From Cladosporium halotolerans (taxonomy: Eukaryota): a DNA stretch of 20,000 nt. Both the position numbers and the translations under genes were made by a program. The stretch's first letter is position 1. Each line of letters starts with the position of its first letter. Where the stretch lies: assembly GCF_011745625.1 (NCBI RefSeq), contig NW_027191508.1, positions 55,444 through 75,443 on the forward strand, in the 5' to 3' direction. Below the pieces are notes generated by a model. The model was not told the DNA's origin, did no database searches, and was given only the letters and a program-made list of their open reading frames with translations. Positions 19,504 through 20,000 of this stretch are shown one piece after another.

Positions 19504-20000
19504 GAATCGCTATCGAGGTTGGCGGCGTAAGCAGGAGTCGGAGGACGAACGGGCGTAGGGGCATGGATCTGTGAGGGAAGACGACCAGGATCCGGCGAGT
19601 GGGAGGTGGGAGACGGGCTTCGGACACCTAGCGATTGCATACGCCATTTACGAGCATCGCTGTCGCGTCGCTGAATTCCAGGAGGTCGTTTGTCAGGTTC
19701 CGGGCAATCCCTCACGCGGTGTCCCCATCGGTGGCAACGGAAGCAGGTGCCAGACTCCTTATCTGTGTAGCGGCGGTTGGTGCTGAGATCCATCGGTTCT
19801 CCTTGCAAGGTCTTCGGTGCCGAGCGCATAGTAGTAGCATAGGTAACAGGAGTGGGCGACATACCAGATCCAGGGGTATCCGCCGTCGCAGGTGTGGGGT
19901 ACCGAGCAGTTGCAACAGCGCTGTACGCTTTCGACGGCGTAGTAGGTTGATGAGTCTGGAAGTGCCGACGGCGGCGATTATCGAGATCTTGTAGGTGGCG
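19461..20000 (-). CDS. gag: gag, C-terminal part (partial)
   Basis: The frame is open from the window edge to TAA at 19461-19463. It has an EPMDLS motif and the CCHC knuckle [14 protein letters not shown]. Confidence 0.92.
   Translation of the reverse strand, partial: RHLQDLDNRRRRHFQTHQPTTPSKAYSAVATARYPTPATADTPGSGMSPTPVTYATTMRSAPKTLQGEPMDLSTNRRYTDKESGTCFRCHRWGHRVRDCPEPDKRPPGIQRRDSDARKWRMQSLGVRSPSPTSHSPDPGRLPSQIHAPTPVRPPTPAYAANLDSDSENGLRLEEAVSRQ
19466..19503 (-). other. Candidate -1 programmed ribosomal frameshift signal (gag-pol)
   Basis: pol is in the -1 frame and is open from here. Minus strand reads G GAA AAC (19503-19497), a 7-nt spacer, then the stem-loop GCCTGGA-N10-TCCAGGC. Confidence 0.7.

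Larger units (their letters stand above)
15333..20000 (-). mobile_element. Ty3/gypsy chromovirus LTR retrotransposon; 5' part lies beyond the window
   Basis: gag, PR-RT-RH-IN-chromodomain, PPT and 3' LTR in the expected order on the minus strand. Confidence 0.97.

Noticed and set aside
15595..19994. Plus-strand ORFs antisense to gag/pol (and those antisense to the transposases and SDR)
   Set aside because: Shadow ORFs of the real minus-strand coding sequences.

Overview
Fungal (filamentous ascomycete-type) DNA in which about half the window is transposable element. Host-type genes: an HSL-family alpha/beta hydrolase (286-1644, -), a two-exon 27-aa metallothionein that the ORF track misses (5248-5509, -), and an SDR reductase with a probable mitochondrial presequence (13325-14386, -). 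Mobile DNA: two unrelated hAT-type MITEs with perfect 8-bp TSDs (4172-4645, 12174-12488); a pogo/Fot1 element (7326-11608) with a second pogo/Fot1 element nested in its transposase (7851-9989); a solo LTR with non-matching flanks that joins two truncated genes (11771-11986); and a chromodomain Ty3/gypsy retrotransposon (15333 to beyond 20000, -) inserted in a Tc1-like transposase. The least explained feature is a pair of diverged, apparently non-coding 0.75-0.9 kb sequences in inverted orientation (2905-3669 and 6405-7325, with a possible tail at 11611-11630). They bracket the metallothionein locus and share a 41/43-identical inner core. All alignments and translations were done by eye; no database searches were run.
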